Positions 18,748-27,969 of a stretch of 64,000 nucleotides of DNA are shown one piece after another. Under the pieces are notes generated by a model. The model ran no database searches, was not told the DNA's origin, and saw nothing but the letters and a program-made list of their open reading frames with translations. The stretch is from an uncultured Clostridia bacterium (GTDB lineage: Bacteria > Bacillota > Clostridia > Christensenellales > CAG-917): contig CAUTUX010000002.1 of assembly GCA_963542015.1 (NCBI GenBank), positions 29,415-93,414 of the forward strand, given 5' to 3'. The position numbers and the translations under genes are program-made. Numbering within the stretch: position 1 is the stretch's first letter; each line of letters begins with the position of its first letter.

Positions 18748-20223
18748 TTATGCTAAATATATTTTACATTCTTCCAACAAAATATCTTTTTGTTCTAGTT
18801 TTGGTTCAAGATTTTTAATTTCTGCAATTCCAGTAAGAACCATAACCAATGTCACAAATGGATATGGCAAAAATGTTCCGCAATCAATCAAAGAATACAA
18901 TTCATATCCTAACAACCCTAAAAACATAAATATTTTAAACATGTCATTTTTCATGCCTTTACAAATTATTTTATATCTAACAAAGTATTCATAACCCATT
19001 GCAATTATTCCAACAATTCCCATGCCTCCTATAATTTGGAAAAATGTGGAGTGATACCAATATAGGGTGCCATTGTTATATGACAATGCTCCATTTTTTA
19101 ACAAATAGACCATTCCGCCGCCCGTTAGAATATTGTTTTTAAAATGTCTTATTGCGTCTGAATATATTTTATCTCTACCTGTTCCTCCCTGCAATTTCGC
19201 CATTTCCAACGCTCCAACAATTTGATTGAAGAATATGGCACAGAATGTCCCTACCAAAAGCAATATAATAACTGCTGGTTTGAGTTCCCTCCATCTATCT
19301 TTGCTTCGAACTAACAAGACTGAGCTTATAAAAAACGCCGTTACCAAACCAAATAATATTCCGCCTCTGGAGAATGTTAAAAATATTCCTAAGAAACTCA
19401 TATAGCCCATTATGTTGTACTTATAACCTCTTTTCTTAAGCTTATGGCTCAAATAGAATCCAAAAGGGAAACATATTAACAATAGTGTTGCCACATTGTT
19501 GGGATTAGCCCACCCTAAGTCAACATCTGGCTCCTCTGGTGAATCATAGTTCAAAATCTTAAAAATTTTTCCTCTTCCGTGTACGGTTGTGTTGCCAAAC
19601 AACAGTAAAACAGCAAGCTGTATTGTTATCAAAACACCGAAATATACCAACACCTTCGATATAAAAATTTCTATAGAAACATACTTGTTTGGCTTGCAGT
19701 ATCCAATAAAAAAATAAAAAAGCAGTGGTAATACAATCCATGGGATATATTGTGCTAATGCTTCTTTCCCACCTGCACTAAACCATGATGCTTTATCTGA
19801 GGACCCTAATCCACCTAAAAAAATTGCGACTCCACATAGCAAGTGCGGAATATACATCTTTCTTACCCTAAAAATAGGTCTATATATAATTATGTGTATT
19901 AATACAAATAATAAAAAAATTCCTATTGGTATAAATTGAAAAAGGTATCTTTCTATGTTTGCTGTAGCAAATATTGCTGATGATATAAAAAAGAAAGGCA
20001 TTGTGGGTGTTAAATCATCAAGAATTAAAACCGCAATTCCACCTAAAATTGCAAGAGTAGTTAAGGCTATTGCTGGAATATCCAAATACCAACTTAAAAA
20101 TACTGTTATGCAGAAAATTACCAAATAAGAATCACTGTAAAAGAAACTCTTAAGTTTATCAGGTGCCTTTGCTAGGTTAGCTCTTGCCCGCTCCATAGGA
20201 GACATTATTGTAGTTGCTTCCAT
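18748..20223 (-). CDS. O-antigen ligase/Wzy_C-like polytopic membrane protein (paralog A)
   Basis: 491 aa, roughly 12 hydrophobic spans. The LTFSRGGILFGLV block is typical of Wzy_C-type proteins. Clear paralog of 26225..27736. Confidence 0.5.
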   Translation of the reverse strand: MEATTIMSPMERARANLAKAPDKLKSFFYSDSYLVIFCITVFLSWYLDIPAIALTTLAILGGIAVLILDDLTPTMPFFFISSAIFATANIERYLFQFIPIGIFLLFVLIHIIIYRPIFRVRKMYIPHLLCGVAIFLGGLGSSDKASWFSAGGKEALAQYIPWIVLPLLFYFFIGYCKPNKYVSIEIFISKVLVYFGVLITIQLAVLLLFGNTTVHGRGKIFKILNYDSPEEPDVDLGWANPNNVATLLLICFPFGFYLSHKLKKRGYKYNIMGYMSFLGIFLTFSRGGILFGLVTAFFISSVLLVRSKDRWRELKPAVIILLLVGTFCAIFFNQIVGALEMAKLQGGTGRDKIYSDAIRHFKNNILTGGGMVYLLKNGALSYNNGTLYWYHSTFFQIIGGMGIVGIIAMGYEYFVRYKIICKGMKNDMFKIFMFLGLLGYELYSLIDCGTFLPYPFVTLVMVLTGIAEIKNLEPKLEQKDILLEECKIYLA

Positions 20224-20250
20224 AAAGCCCTCAGCCCTATACTTGTTTTT

Positions 20251-21675
20251 TTATTTCTTTTTATTCTTGTCCTTCGTGTCTTCAGCAATTGAAACTTTTT
20301 CAGGCTTGTTATCTGATTTGCTCATATCTGCACAATATAAATAGTCGCTGTCTTTGGAGTTGTAATAATAAATTATATTCCCAAAAATTACAGATTTTAC
20401 ATCGTTAAATCTAAGATTCAAACCTTTTAGTATTTGCCGCTCTGTTGCGAATGTTCCTTCATCTTCTTTTGATCGATCATATGATAGTGCTGTTAAATCA
20501 GCGTTTGAATCTTGTCTAAAGTAGTACAGATTTGTTTTATCTTCTTTTACGACTTTAATCTTTTTATCTACGAAGACCTCTGCTTTGTTGTCATGATACC
20601 AATATGTTTTGTTGCGTTCATATACCAAAGCTCCCTTTTCGTGTCCGAGGTAGTATACGTTTAAAGGTTCAACTTCAGATGTAAAGATTTGTTTTTCATT
20701 CTTTATATCTAGCCCACCATTTGGTAACAAAATATTGCTACACATCATGGTTGTGGTTTTTTGGGTTGCGTTTTGGTAAGATTTTTTGTACATAATCGTG
20801 TCTCTTCCTTCTTCGTTCTTCCAGTACATTAATCTAAATCCAAAAAGTTTATCTTTGTGCTTTTCTTTTTCTTTCTTTTCTTCTTCTGAAAGATATGCAT
20901 CTTTTGGTACTACGACTTTATGATCAGTACCCTTATATGTAATTGACTCAATTGCGTTCGCATGATCTTTATCAGTAGAACGACGAACCATATAGTATAT
21001 ATAGTCGCTATTGTCATTCCATAAATGATCTACAACATCAGACTCTAGCTCTTTAGTCCTCTTTTTAACTGAAGCCTTTATCTGCATTACATTTCCTTTT
21101 TTAGGAAGTGCAGTTAAATCAACTGAGTACATTTTTTTCTTAGATACAAATACGAGATGTGTCTTTTTTACTATAAACTCTGCCTTTCTATCATCTGCAG
21201 TATAAATTTTTTGTAATGCACTACCATCCAGTTTCACTCTCCAAAAATCTAAATCTGTTTTGGATTGTGTCCCATTGCCATCTCTATCTCTATTTGGTGA
21301 AGCAAAATATAGCCAATCATCTTGAATATACATTCCGTTCTTTGAGTTACCACTCCATACAATAGTTGATACCAACTGTTTCTGTGTTCCCTTTATAAGC
21401 ATCCCATTTTTATCAACCTCTGCTCTATACAATCCGCCTTTAACAACCTTACCCCATGTTCCTGAATCAAGCTTGTCTGTAAATCCATTCGCAAAATAAA
21501 TGTATTTCCCTTTACGTACAACCTGAGTACCATTTCCCTCAACTGGTGCACCTGAATCAATACCTGAAACTTTATTTGCCTTATAATTCGTACATGCGGT
21601 AAATGTTAAAATAGATAATGCAATAACTGCAATTAATAAAAAAATACTTAAAATTCTATTTCTTTTATAAGTCAT
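20251..21675 (-). CDS. lipoprotein, DUF5050-like beta-propeller
   Basis: Lipobox ILTFTAC. Repeated motifs GKYIYFANG, GGLYRAEVDKNG, DDWLYFASP, FWRVKLDGSALQKIY resemble DUF5050 blades. Confidence 0.55.
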   Translation of the reverse strand: MTYKRNRILSIFLLIAVIALSILTFTACTNYKANKVSGIDSGAPVEGNGTQVVRKGKYIYFANGFTDKLDSGTWGKVVKGGLYRAEVDKNGMLIKGTQKQLVSTIVWSGNSKNGMYIQDDWLYFASPNRDRDGNGTQSKTDLDFWRVKLDGSALQKIYTADDRKAEFIVKKTHLVFVSKKKMYSVDLTALPKKGNVMQIKASVKKRTKELESDVVDHLWNDNSDYIYYMVRRSTDKDHANAIESITYKGTDHKVVVPKDAYLSEEEKKEKEKHKDKLFGFRLMYWKNEEGRDTIMYKKSYQNATQKTTTMMCSNILLPNGGLDIKNEKQIFTSEVEPLNVYYLGHEKGALVYERNKTYWYHDNKAEVFVDKKIKVVKEDKTNLYYFRQDSNADLTALSYDRSKEDEGTFATERQILKGLNLRFNDVKSVIFGNIIYYYNSKDSDYLYCADMSKSDNKPEKVSIAEDTKDKNKKK

Positions 21676-21678
21676 ATC

Positions 21679-23415
21679 TTATTCCTTTACTTCTCTCAAT
21701 TTAATATGAACATCCCTCAACTGCTTTTCTGTAACTGTTGAAGGTGCTCCCATTAAAACATCCCTTGCATTTTTATCCATCGGGAATGTAATAATCTCTC
21801 TAATATTTTGTTCTCCTTTTAATAACATAACTATTCTATCAACACCAGGAGCTATCCCCGCATGTGGCGGTGCCCCAAATTTAAATGCATTATACAGTGC
21901 TGAAAACTTTTCTTCTATAACTGATTTGTCGTATCCTGCAATCTCGAATGCTTTTTCCATTAAAATCGGATCATGATTTCTAACTGCCCCGCTACTTAAT
22001 TCCACTCCATTAACAACACTGTCATACTGATATGCAAGTATGTCCAGTGGCTTCTTTGTCTGAAGTGCTTCAAGTCCACCTTGAGGCATCGAAAATGGAT
22101 TATGTGAAAAATCTATTTCTCCTTCTTCATTAAGTTCATACATTGGAAAATCTACAACCCAACAAAATCTAAATGCATTTTTTTCTATCAAATCACATCC
22201 TATCCCAAGTTGTTGTCTTACAAATCCAGCCTGTTTTTCAATTCCTTCCGTTTCTGCCAAAATGGCCACAAATGAATTTGCTTGTATCTTTAATTTTTTA
22301 ATTAATTCATCCCCAACATTTTCAATGAATTTTGCTATACCGCCTTGTATATGATTGTCTTTATCTGTTTTAAAATAATAAAGCGATGTAGCTCCATTTT
22401 CTTTTGCTTTTTCAGCGAGCTCATCTATAAACTTTCTTGTCTGTTTAAAATCTTGAACAACAATAGCTTTTATTTTTTTCTTTTCAAAAAACTGTGCTGT
22501 TCCTTTTAATTCTTTTGTAACATCTTTAATTATCAAAGGATTTCGCAAATCAGGTTTATCGCTACCATAATTTTTCATTGCATCTTTATATGTAATTCTT
22601 CTAAATGGTGGTTTATCTACTTCCCAATCTGAGAATGTACTGAAAACTTCGCTAAGAACTTCTTCCATAACTGAAAATACATCTTCTTGTGATGCAAAGC
22701 ACATTTCAGTATCAAGCTGATAGAATTCTCCAGGACTTCTGTCCGCCCTTGCGTCTTCATCTCTAAAGCAAGGTGCTATCTGAAAATATCTATCAAATCC
22801 AGATGCCATCAATAACTGTTTATACTGCTGAGGTGCTTGTGGTAACGCATAGAACTTCCCTGGATGCAGTCTTGAAGGTACTATAAAGTCTCTTGCTCCT
22901 TCTGGTGATGAACTTGTTAATATTGGTGTCGTGATTTCTAAGAAGCCCTTCTGTGTCATTTTGTTTCTAAGCCAACTCACTACCCTTGACCTAAACTCTA
23001 TTTTTTCTCTAACGTCCGGATTTCTTAAATCTAAATATCTGTATTTTAATCTTGTATCTTCTCTTGATTGCGTAGATGTAGCAACCTCAAATGGAAGATT
23101 TTCATAACATTTACCAAGTAAATTAATTGTAGTAGGTTCAACCTCAATCATGCCTGTTGGCATCTCTTTGTTTGGAGAACTTCTTTTTACAACTTTACCC
23201 TCAACTGAAATTGTTGATTCTCTTGGGATTTCTCTTATTTGTTGTTGCAACTTTTCATCCGCAACAACAACCTGTGTGTATCCATAAAAATCACGCATCA
23301 CAAAAAAAACAACAGAGCCCAAGTCTCTAATGCTACTTAACCATCCAGACAGTTTAACTTCTTGTCCTATGTTTCTTTCTCTTAATTCACCGCATGTATG
23401 TGTTCTTGACTGCAT
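21679..23415 (-). CDS. aspS: aspartate--tRNA ligase (bacterial type)
   Basis: Class IIb motifs (FFVMRD, FYALPQAPQQYKQLLM, FQIAPCFRDEDARADR, GAPPHAGIAPGVDR). The ORF-track start 23421 is TTG, so I use ATG 23415 (MQSRTH). Confidence 0.9.
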   Translation of the reverse strand: MQSRTHTCGELRERNIGQEVKLSGWLSSIRDLGSVVFFVMRDFYGYTQVVVADEKLQQQIREIPRESTISVEGKVVKRSSPNKEMPTGMIEVEPTTINLLGKCYENLPFEVATSTQSREDTRLKYRYLDLRNPDVREKIEFRSRVVSWLRNKMTQKGFLEITTPILTSSSPEGARDFIVPSRLHPGKFYALPQAPQQYKQLLMASGFDRYFQIAPCFRDEDARADRSPGEFYQLDTEMCFASQEDVFSVMEEVLSEVFSTFSDWEVDKPPFRRITYKDAMKNYGSDKPDLRNPLIIKDVTKELKGTAQFFEKKKIKAIVVQDFKQTRKFIDELAEKAKENGATSLYYFKTDKDNHIQGGIAKFIENVGDELIKKLKIQANSFVAILAETEGIEKQAGFVRQQLGIGCDLIEKNAFRFCWVVDFPMYELNEEGEIDFSHNPFSMPQGGLEALQTKKPLDILAYQYDSVVNGVELSSGAVRNHDPILMEKAFEIAGYDKSVIEEKFSALYNAFKFGAPPHAGIAPGVDRIVMLLKGEQNIREIITFPMDKNARDVLMGAPSTVTEKQLRDVHIKLREVKE

Positions 23416-23425
23416 ATACAAACCA

Positions 23426-24433
23426 TCACAATAACTGTATATTGTGTGCCTTACACTCCTCTCTCATTTCATCTGGCCATATAGAAGCTTGGACTTCCCC
23501 AATATGAGCTTTCTCTAATATTAGCATACAAAGTCTTGATTGCCCAATTCCTCCACCTATTGTGAGAGGCAATTTATCTTCAACAATATCTTTATGATAT
23601 TTGTTTTTCAGCCGTTCTTCCTTATCTGCAAGCTTCAGTTGTTCTAATAAACTATCCTTATTAACTCTTATTCCCATTGATGAAAGTTCTAAACTCTCAC
23701 CGAGTATTTTGTTATAGAAAAGTAAATCACCATTTAATTTCCAATCATCATAATCTGGAGATCTGCTATCATGTGGCTTTCCATTCGTCAAATTTCCACC
23801 AATGTGCATTAAGAAAACTGTTCCGAATTTTTTTGTTAGCTCATTTTCTCTCTGCTTTTCTGTTAAGTCGGGATACATCTGCAGTGCCTCTTCTGAACTT
23901 ATAAACTTAATTTCACTATTGATTTCAGTTTTGATAATTGGATATTTCTTCTTTGTTTCATTTAGCGTTTCAACTATAGTCTGTACAATTCTTCTAACTA
24001 TCATTTTTAAAAAGTCTTCTGATCTTTGTTTGTCACTGATGACCATTTCCCAATCCCATTGATCAACATACACACTATGAATGTTGTCACATGAATCATC
24101 TCTTCGAATGGCATTCATGTCAGTATATATTCCCTCGCCCTGTCCAAAGTTATATTCTCTTAATGCGATTCTTTTCCATTTAGCTAACGAATGTACTATC
24201 TCTACTGTCTTATTTTGTTCTTTTAAATCAAAAGTAACTGGTCTCTCAACGCCGCTGAGGTTATCATTAATTCCAGTTTTACTCTCCACCATCATTGGTG
24301 CTGAAACTCTTTCAAAAGCAAAATTTTTAATAAAGTTTTTTTGGAATGTGTCTTTAACAAACTTAATTGCTTTTTGTGTTTCCCTTAGATCTAATGCAGA
24401 TCTGTATCCTTCTGGTATTTTTAATGAATACAT
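23426..24433 (-). CDS. asnA: aspartate--ammonia ligase (asparagine synthetase A)
   Basis: 335 aa. AsnA-like N-terminus (ETQKAIKFVKDTF) and GGGIGQSRLCMLIL near the C-terminus. TAGGAG SD. Confidence 0.85.
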   Translation of the reverse strand: MYSLKIPEGYRSALDLRETQKAIKFVKDTFQKNFIKNFAFERVSAPMMVESKTGINDNLSGVERPVTFDLKEQNKTVEIVHSLAKWKRIALREYNFGQGEGIYTDMNAIRRDDSCDNIHSVYVDQWDWEMVISDKQRSEDFLKMIVRRIVQTIVETLNETKKKYPIIKTEINSEIKFISSEEALQMYPDLTEKQRENELTKKFGTVFLMHIGGNLTNGKPHDSRSPDYDDWKLNGDLLFYNKILGESLELSSMGIRVNKDSLLEQLKLADKEERLKNKYHKDIVEDKLPLTIGGGIGQSRLCMLILEKAHIGEVQASIWPDEMREECKAHNIQLL

Positions 24434-24444
24434 TTAAAAAACTC

Positions 24445-25833
24445 CTAACAAGACAAATCTCCTGGTGTTCTTGGATATAACTGAACATCTCGTATATTTG
24501 TTATTCCAGTGAGATACATCATTATTCTTTCAAGTCCCAGTCCAAATCCACTGTGTGGAACTGTCCCATATTTTCTGAGGTCAAGATATCCAATGTAATC
24601 ATCTTCATTCATACCCCGTTCTATAATTGCATTTCTCAACTTTTCATAATTTTCTTCTCTTTCACTGCAACCTATAATTTCTCCTATGCCTGGCACAAGC
24701 AAATCTGTCGCAGCAACTGTCTTCCCATCATCATTTTGTTTCATGTAAAACGATTTTATCTTTTTAGGATAGTTGATGATAAAAACTGGCTTGTTATATA
24801 CTTTCTCGGTTATATATTTTTCATGTTCCGTTTGTAAGTCCAATCCCCATTCAACTTTATAATCAAATTTTTCTTTTGCTTTCTTTAAAATTTCTATAGC
24901 TTCCGTGTAATCCAAAATAACAAATTCACTATTTATAACATTCTCAAGTTTTTCTCTTAATCCTTTTTCAAATGCATTCTCAAAAAAGTTTATTTCATCA
25001 CTACATTCATTTAACACTTCCTTGATTATGTATTTAATCATCTTTTCAGCAATTTTAATTATGTCTGGTAACTTCGCAAAAGCTACTTCTGGTTCTATCT
25101 GCCAAAACTCTGCTGCATGCCGTGGAGTGTTACTGTTTTCTGCTCTAAATGTTGGTCCAAATGTATATATTTTTCCCATTGCCATTGCTGCAACTTCACC
25201 TTCTAGCTGTCCGCTTACTGTTAACCCTGCTTTTCTTTTAAAGAAGTCTTTCTGTATATACTCGATCTCGTCTTTTGACGCTTTAGAAGAGTTAAAATCA
25301 TGAATGGTTACCCTAAATATTTCTCCTGCTCCTTCACAATCAGATCCAGTTATTATAGGTGTATTGATGTATGTAAATCCGTGTTTTTGGAAAAATTCAT
25401 GAATGGCAAAACTTAATTTACTTCTAACTCTTAGCATCGCATTAAATGTATTTGTTCTAACTCTCAAATGCGGGATTGTTCTTAAAAATTCCAAACTGTG
25501 GTATTTCTTTTGTAAAGGATAATCTGGAGTGACATCCCCAAGTAGTTCAATATCCGTCATGTTGATTTCAAAACCATTCTCATCGTTTAGGGCTGTTACA
25601 ACTTCTCCAGTTACATGAATCGATGCTCCAACTCTTAAGCTTCGTATCTCTTTTTTACATTTGTCCTTATCAATAACCACTTGAATCGATTTCAAACAAG
25701 TTCCATCGTTAACTGCCAAGAACATCATATTTTTGCTGTCTCTAACCGTTCTTAGCCAACCTGCAACTTCTATCTTTTTACCAAGATACTTTTTCCCTTC
25801 TTTATGAATTAACGCTATGTCTATATTGTTCAT
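24445..25833 (-). CDS. asnS: asparagine--tRNA ligase
   Basis: ATG 25833 (MNNIDIALIHK...) follows AAGAGGT. Class IIb motifs (FGPTFRAENSNTPRHAAEFWQIEPE, GFGLGLERIMMYLTG). Its stop TAG lies inside the asnA SD. Confidence 0.9.
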   Translation of the reverse strand: MNNIDIALIHKEGKKYLGKKIEVAGWLRTVRDSKNMMFLAVNDGTCLKSIQVVIDKDKCKKEIRSLRVGASIHVTGEVVTALNDENGFEINMTDIELLGDVTPDYPLQKKYHSLEFLRTIPHLRVRTNTFNAMLRVRSKLSFAIHEFFQKHGFTYINTPIITGSDCEGAGEIFRVTIHDFNSSKASKDEIEYIQKDFFKRKAGLTVSGQLEGEVAAMAMGKIYTFGPTFRAENSNTPRHAAEFWQIEPEVAFAKLPDIIKIAEKMIKYIIKEVLNECSDEINFFENAFEKGLREKLENVINSEFVILDYTEAIEILKKAKEKFDYKVEWGLDLQTEHEKYITEKVYNKPVFIINYPKKIKSFYMKQNDDGKTVAATDLLVPGIGEIIGCSEREENYEKLRNAIIERGMNEDDYIGYLDLRKYGTVPHSGFGLGLERIMMYLTGITNIRDVQLYPRTPGDLSC

Positions 25834-26224
25834 TTTACCTCTTTGCCGCTTGCACCCCAGCAACACATAATAAGCCTTTTAATTATATAGTAAAATATAT
25901 GGGCATGTCTTTGTTATGAATGTGCTTTGCCGAATTTTTTTGATATCAGTGCTGTATGTGCCTCGTCCTTTCTGAGTAACTACTAACCTAAAGAATCTTT
26001 TTACACAACTTTTCTTGTTTATTTTTAAATCTCCGTATCAATATTTCTAATCTTCACATAACCTATTTAGGTTTGACGCTACAAGCCATGAGATTCTTAT
26101 TTCTGCAACCACCACATGCTGTAAAAGTTTTCTTTTACACGGTCTCTACAGCTATATGCCCCGTATGCACTGCGATATTGTTTGTGCTCAGGATACTGAT
26201 ACTTATCCGTTTTGTTGAACGATA

Positions 26225-27736
26225 CTACCTTGCATATGCGAGACTTTGATTTTCGGGAACTTGGTCAAACTTGATGTAATTTTGAGTTTCGCATTCAACT
26301 ACATATACTGCCATGAAACACATATATGGATACGCAATAAATATTGGGCAATCTATCAATCCTACAAACTCTATGCCCATCATTGCTAACATTATGAAAA
26401 CCTTATATGGGTCTTTATTTATTTTTTTGAAAACTATTTTGTATTGCACTATATAAAAAATTGAATATGCCACAAGCCCCACAAGCCCCATCGCACCAAT
26501 TATTTGAAAAAATGTCGAATGATACTGCCACATCTTTTCACGCCACCCGAAGAACTTTTTGAATGCAACACCTCTTCCTGTCCAAGGATTTCTTCGAAAT
26601 TGTCTTAACGCATCATTGTAAAGTTTCTCTCGTCCATTCCCTTTTTGATTTATGGCTGCCATCACTAAATCATAGACTATGTCGTACCATATTAGACAAC
26701 AAATAATTGTGACGGTTGCCAAAACTATAGCTGGTCTAATCTGAGACCATTTATTATTACTATGTTTAAGAATCGCAATTACTACTGCTGGGACTATTAA
26801 AACAGCCAGTAGGATCTCCGCTCGTGAAAATGCAAGAAATATACTAATAAATGTTATATATGAGCATAGTGTATAAAATCTAATTCCTTTTTTCTTGTTT
26901 AAATCAAGATAGAACCCTAGTGGGAATGACATGACCAGTATGTACGAAATTGCAGCATTATTACCAACGCCGTATGTTGGTTCTGGAACAGTTGTTACTC
27001 CTCCGTTGAGTAATTCTTCAAATAAGGAATACGAAAAATGATTAGCTGCATTACCAAAGAAGAATGTAAAGATTACCATGAATGACCCTATCATTCCATA
27101 GCCAACTACGAACTTCGCAATGTACCTTCTTTTATCTACATATTTGTTTGGTTTTGCATAAGAACTCCCTAAATAAAATGCCAATGGTGCAGCCACCAAT
27201 GTAATGTATGTCGCCCACATCTCCATGTCCAACACATTTCTTCCAACTTCTTGTGGTACCTTATTGTCGAAATCTTCAAAAGCAATACTCAATAGCATTG
27301 CTACTTCAAGCAAAAGATATGGCACCACCATTTTACGAACTCTCAAAACTGGTTTGTATATTATGAAGTGCAAAATCAATGCTAAAAGATAAATTCCAAA
27401 CATAACTCCTAAGTAAGGACCTGTTGGACGGCGAACATACTCCATTGCATCTTGCGAAACAAAATTTCCTACCAAATAAAACAAATGTGGTAGTTGTACT
27501 GTTATATCATCTACAACTAACAAAGTAATTGCTCCACACACCCCAAATGCGGTCAAACCAACTTCTGGTCTATCTGTCAGCCAACTTACCATGGTGCAAA
27601 CTATATAAAAGCCAATATATCCATCTGTATAGAAAACTGATTTTAACCACTCGGGTGCTCTACCCAACACATCTCGCACATGTTGCATTTTTGTTACTCC
27701 ATGTGCAATATTTATATTTAATTTTTCTTTTTGCAA
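26225..27736 (-). CDS. O-antigen ligase/Wzy_C-like polytopic membrane protein (paralog B)
   Basis: 503 aa. Aligns by eye with paralog A (GRAPEWLKSVFYTDGY vs AKAPDKLKSFFYSDSY; LAFSRAEILLAVL vs LTFSRGGILFGLV; WQYHSTFFQIIGAMGLVG vs YWYHSTFFQIIGGMGIVG). TTG 27736 has AGGAG upstream; the alternative is ATG 27688. Confidence 0.5.
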   Translation of the reverse strand: MQKEKLNINIAHGVTKMQHVRDVLGRAPEWLKSVFYTDGYIGFYIVCTMVSWLTDRPEVGLTAFGVCGAITLLVVDDITVQLPHLFYLVGNFVSQDAMEYVRRPTGPYLGVMFGIYLLALILHFIIYKPVLRVRKMVVPYLLLEVAMLLSIAFEDFDNKVPQEVGRNVLDMEMWATYITLVAAPLAFYLGSSYAKPNKYVDKRRYIAKFVVGYGMIGSFMVIFTFFFGNAANHFSYSLFEELLNGGVTTVPEPTYGVGNNAAISYILVMSFPLGFYLDLNKKKGIRFYTLCSYITFISIFLAFSRAEILLAVLIVPAVVIAILKHSNNKWSQIRPAIVLATVTIICCLIWYDIVYDLVMAAINQKGNGREKLYNDALRQFRRNPWTGRGVAFKKFFGWREKMWQYHSTFFQIIGAMGLVGLVAYSIFYIVQYKIVFKKINKDPYKVFIMLAMMGIEFVGLIDCPIFIAYPYMCFMAVYVVECETQNYIKFDQVPENQSLAYAR

Positions 27737-27775
27737 AATACTCCTATTTTTTTACCTTACTCGGTACGGAGTATT
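27737..27775 (-). promoter_or_regulatory. 5'-UTR hairpin that sequesters the SD of the Wzy-like B gene
   Basis: The minus strand reads AATACTCC, a 23-nt loop, GGAGTATT, then TTG. It is a perfect 8-bp stem and its 3' arm contains the only GGAG in front of the start. Confidence 0.4.
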
Positions 27776-27969
27776 CCGCCCCAGCAAAAAATCAGGGTTT
27801 CTTGTGTTTTGTCCTCATTATTATGAACATCGCACTACCCTCATCGGTTAAATAAATAGTATGCCATCCTAGTTTGTAAGTAAAGTTACCTCTTACTCAG
27901 AGCTTATTGCTACATCTTCTTTCATTTGGGTATTTATACTTTTCTCACTTTTTAGTCTATACTTTTCCT

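Noticed and set aside
18329-18994. ORF-track entries 18329..18514 (-, 61 aa) and 18644..18994 (+, 116 aa).
   Set aside because: Neither has an SD or any domain signal. The second is antisense to the 3' end of the Wzy-like gene. Their composition is typical of random ORFs in AT-rich DNA, and the first may be pseudogene debris (see the finding for 18046-18747).
25870-26224. T-box leader for asnS (the minus strand has ...GCATGTGGTGGTTGCAG..., weakly like the GGGTGGTACCGCG T-box).
   Set aside because: The motif has several mismatches in the invariant part. It lies about 290 nt upstream of the start rather than next to a terminator, and I see no terminator/antiterminator pair or AAC specifier-loop context.
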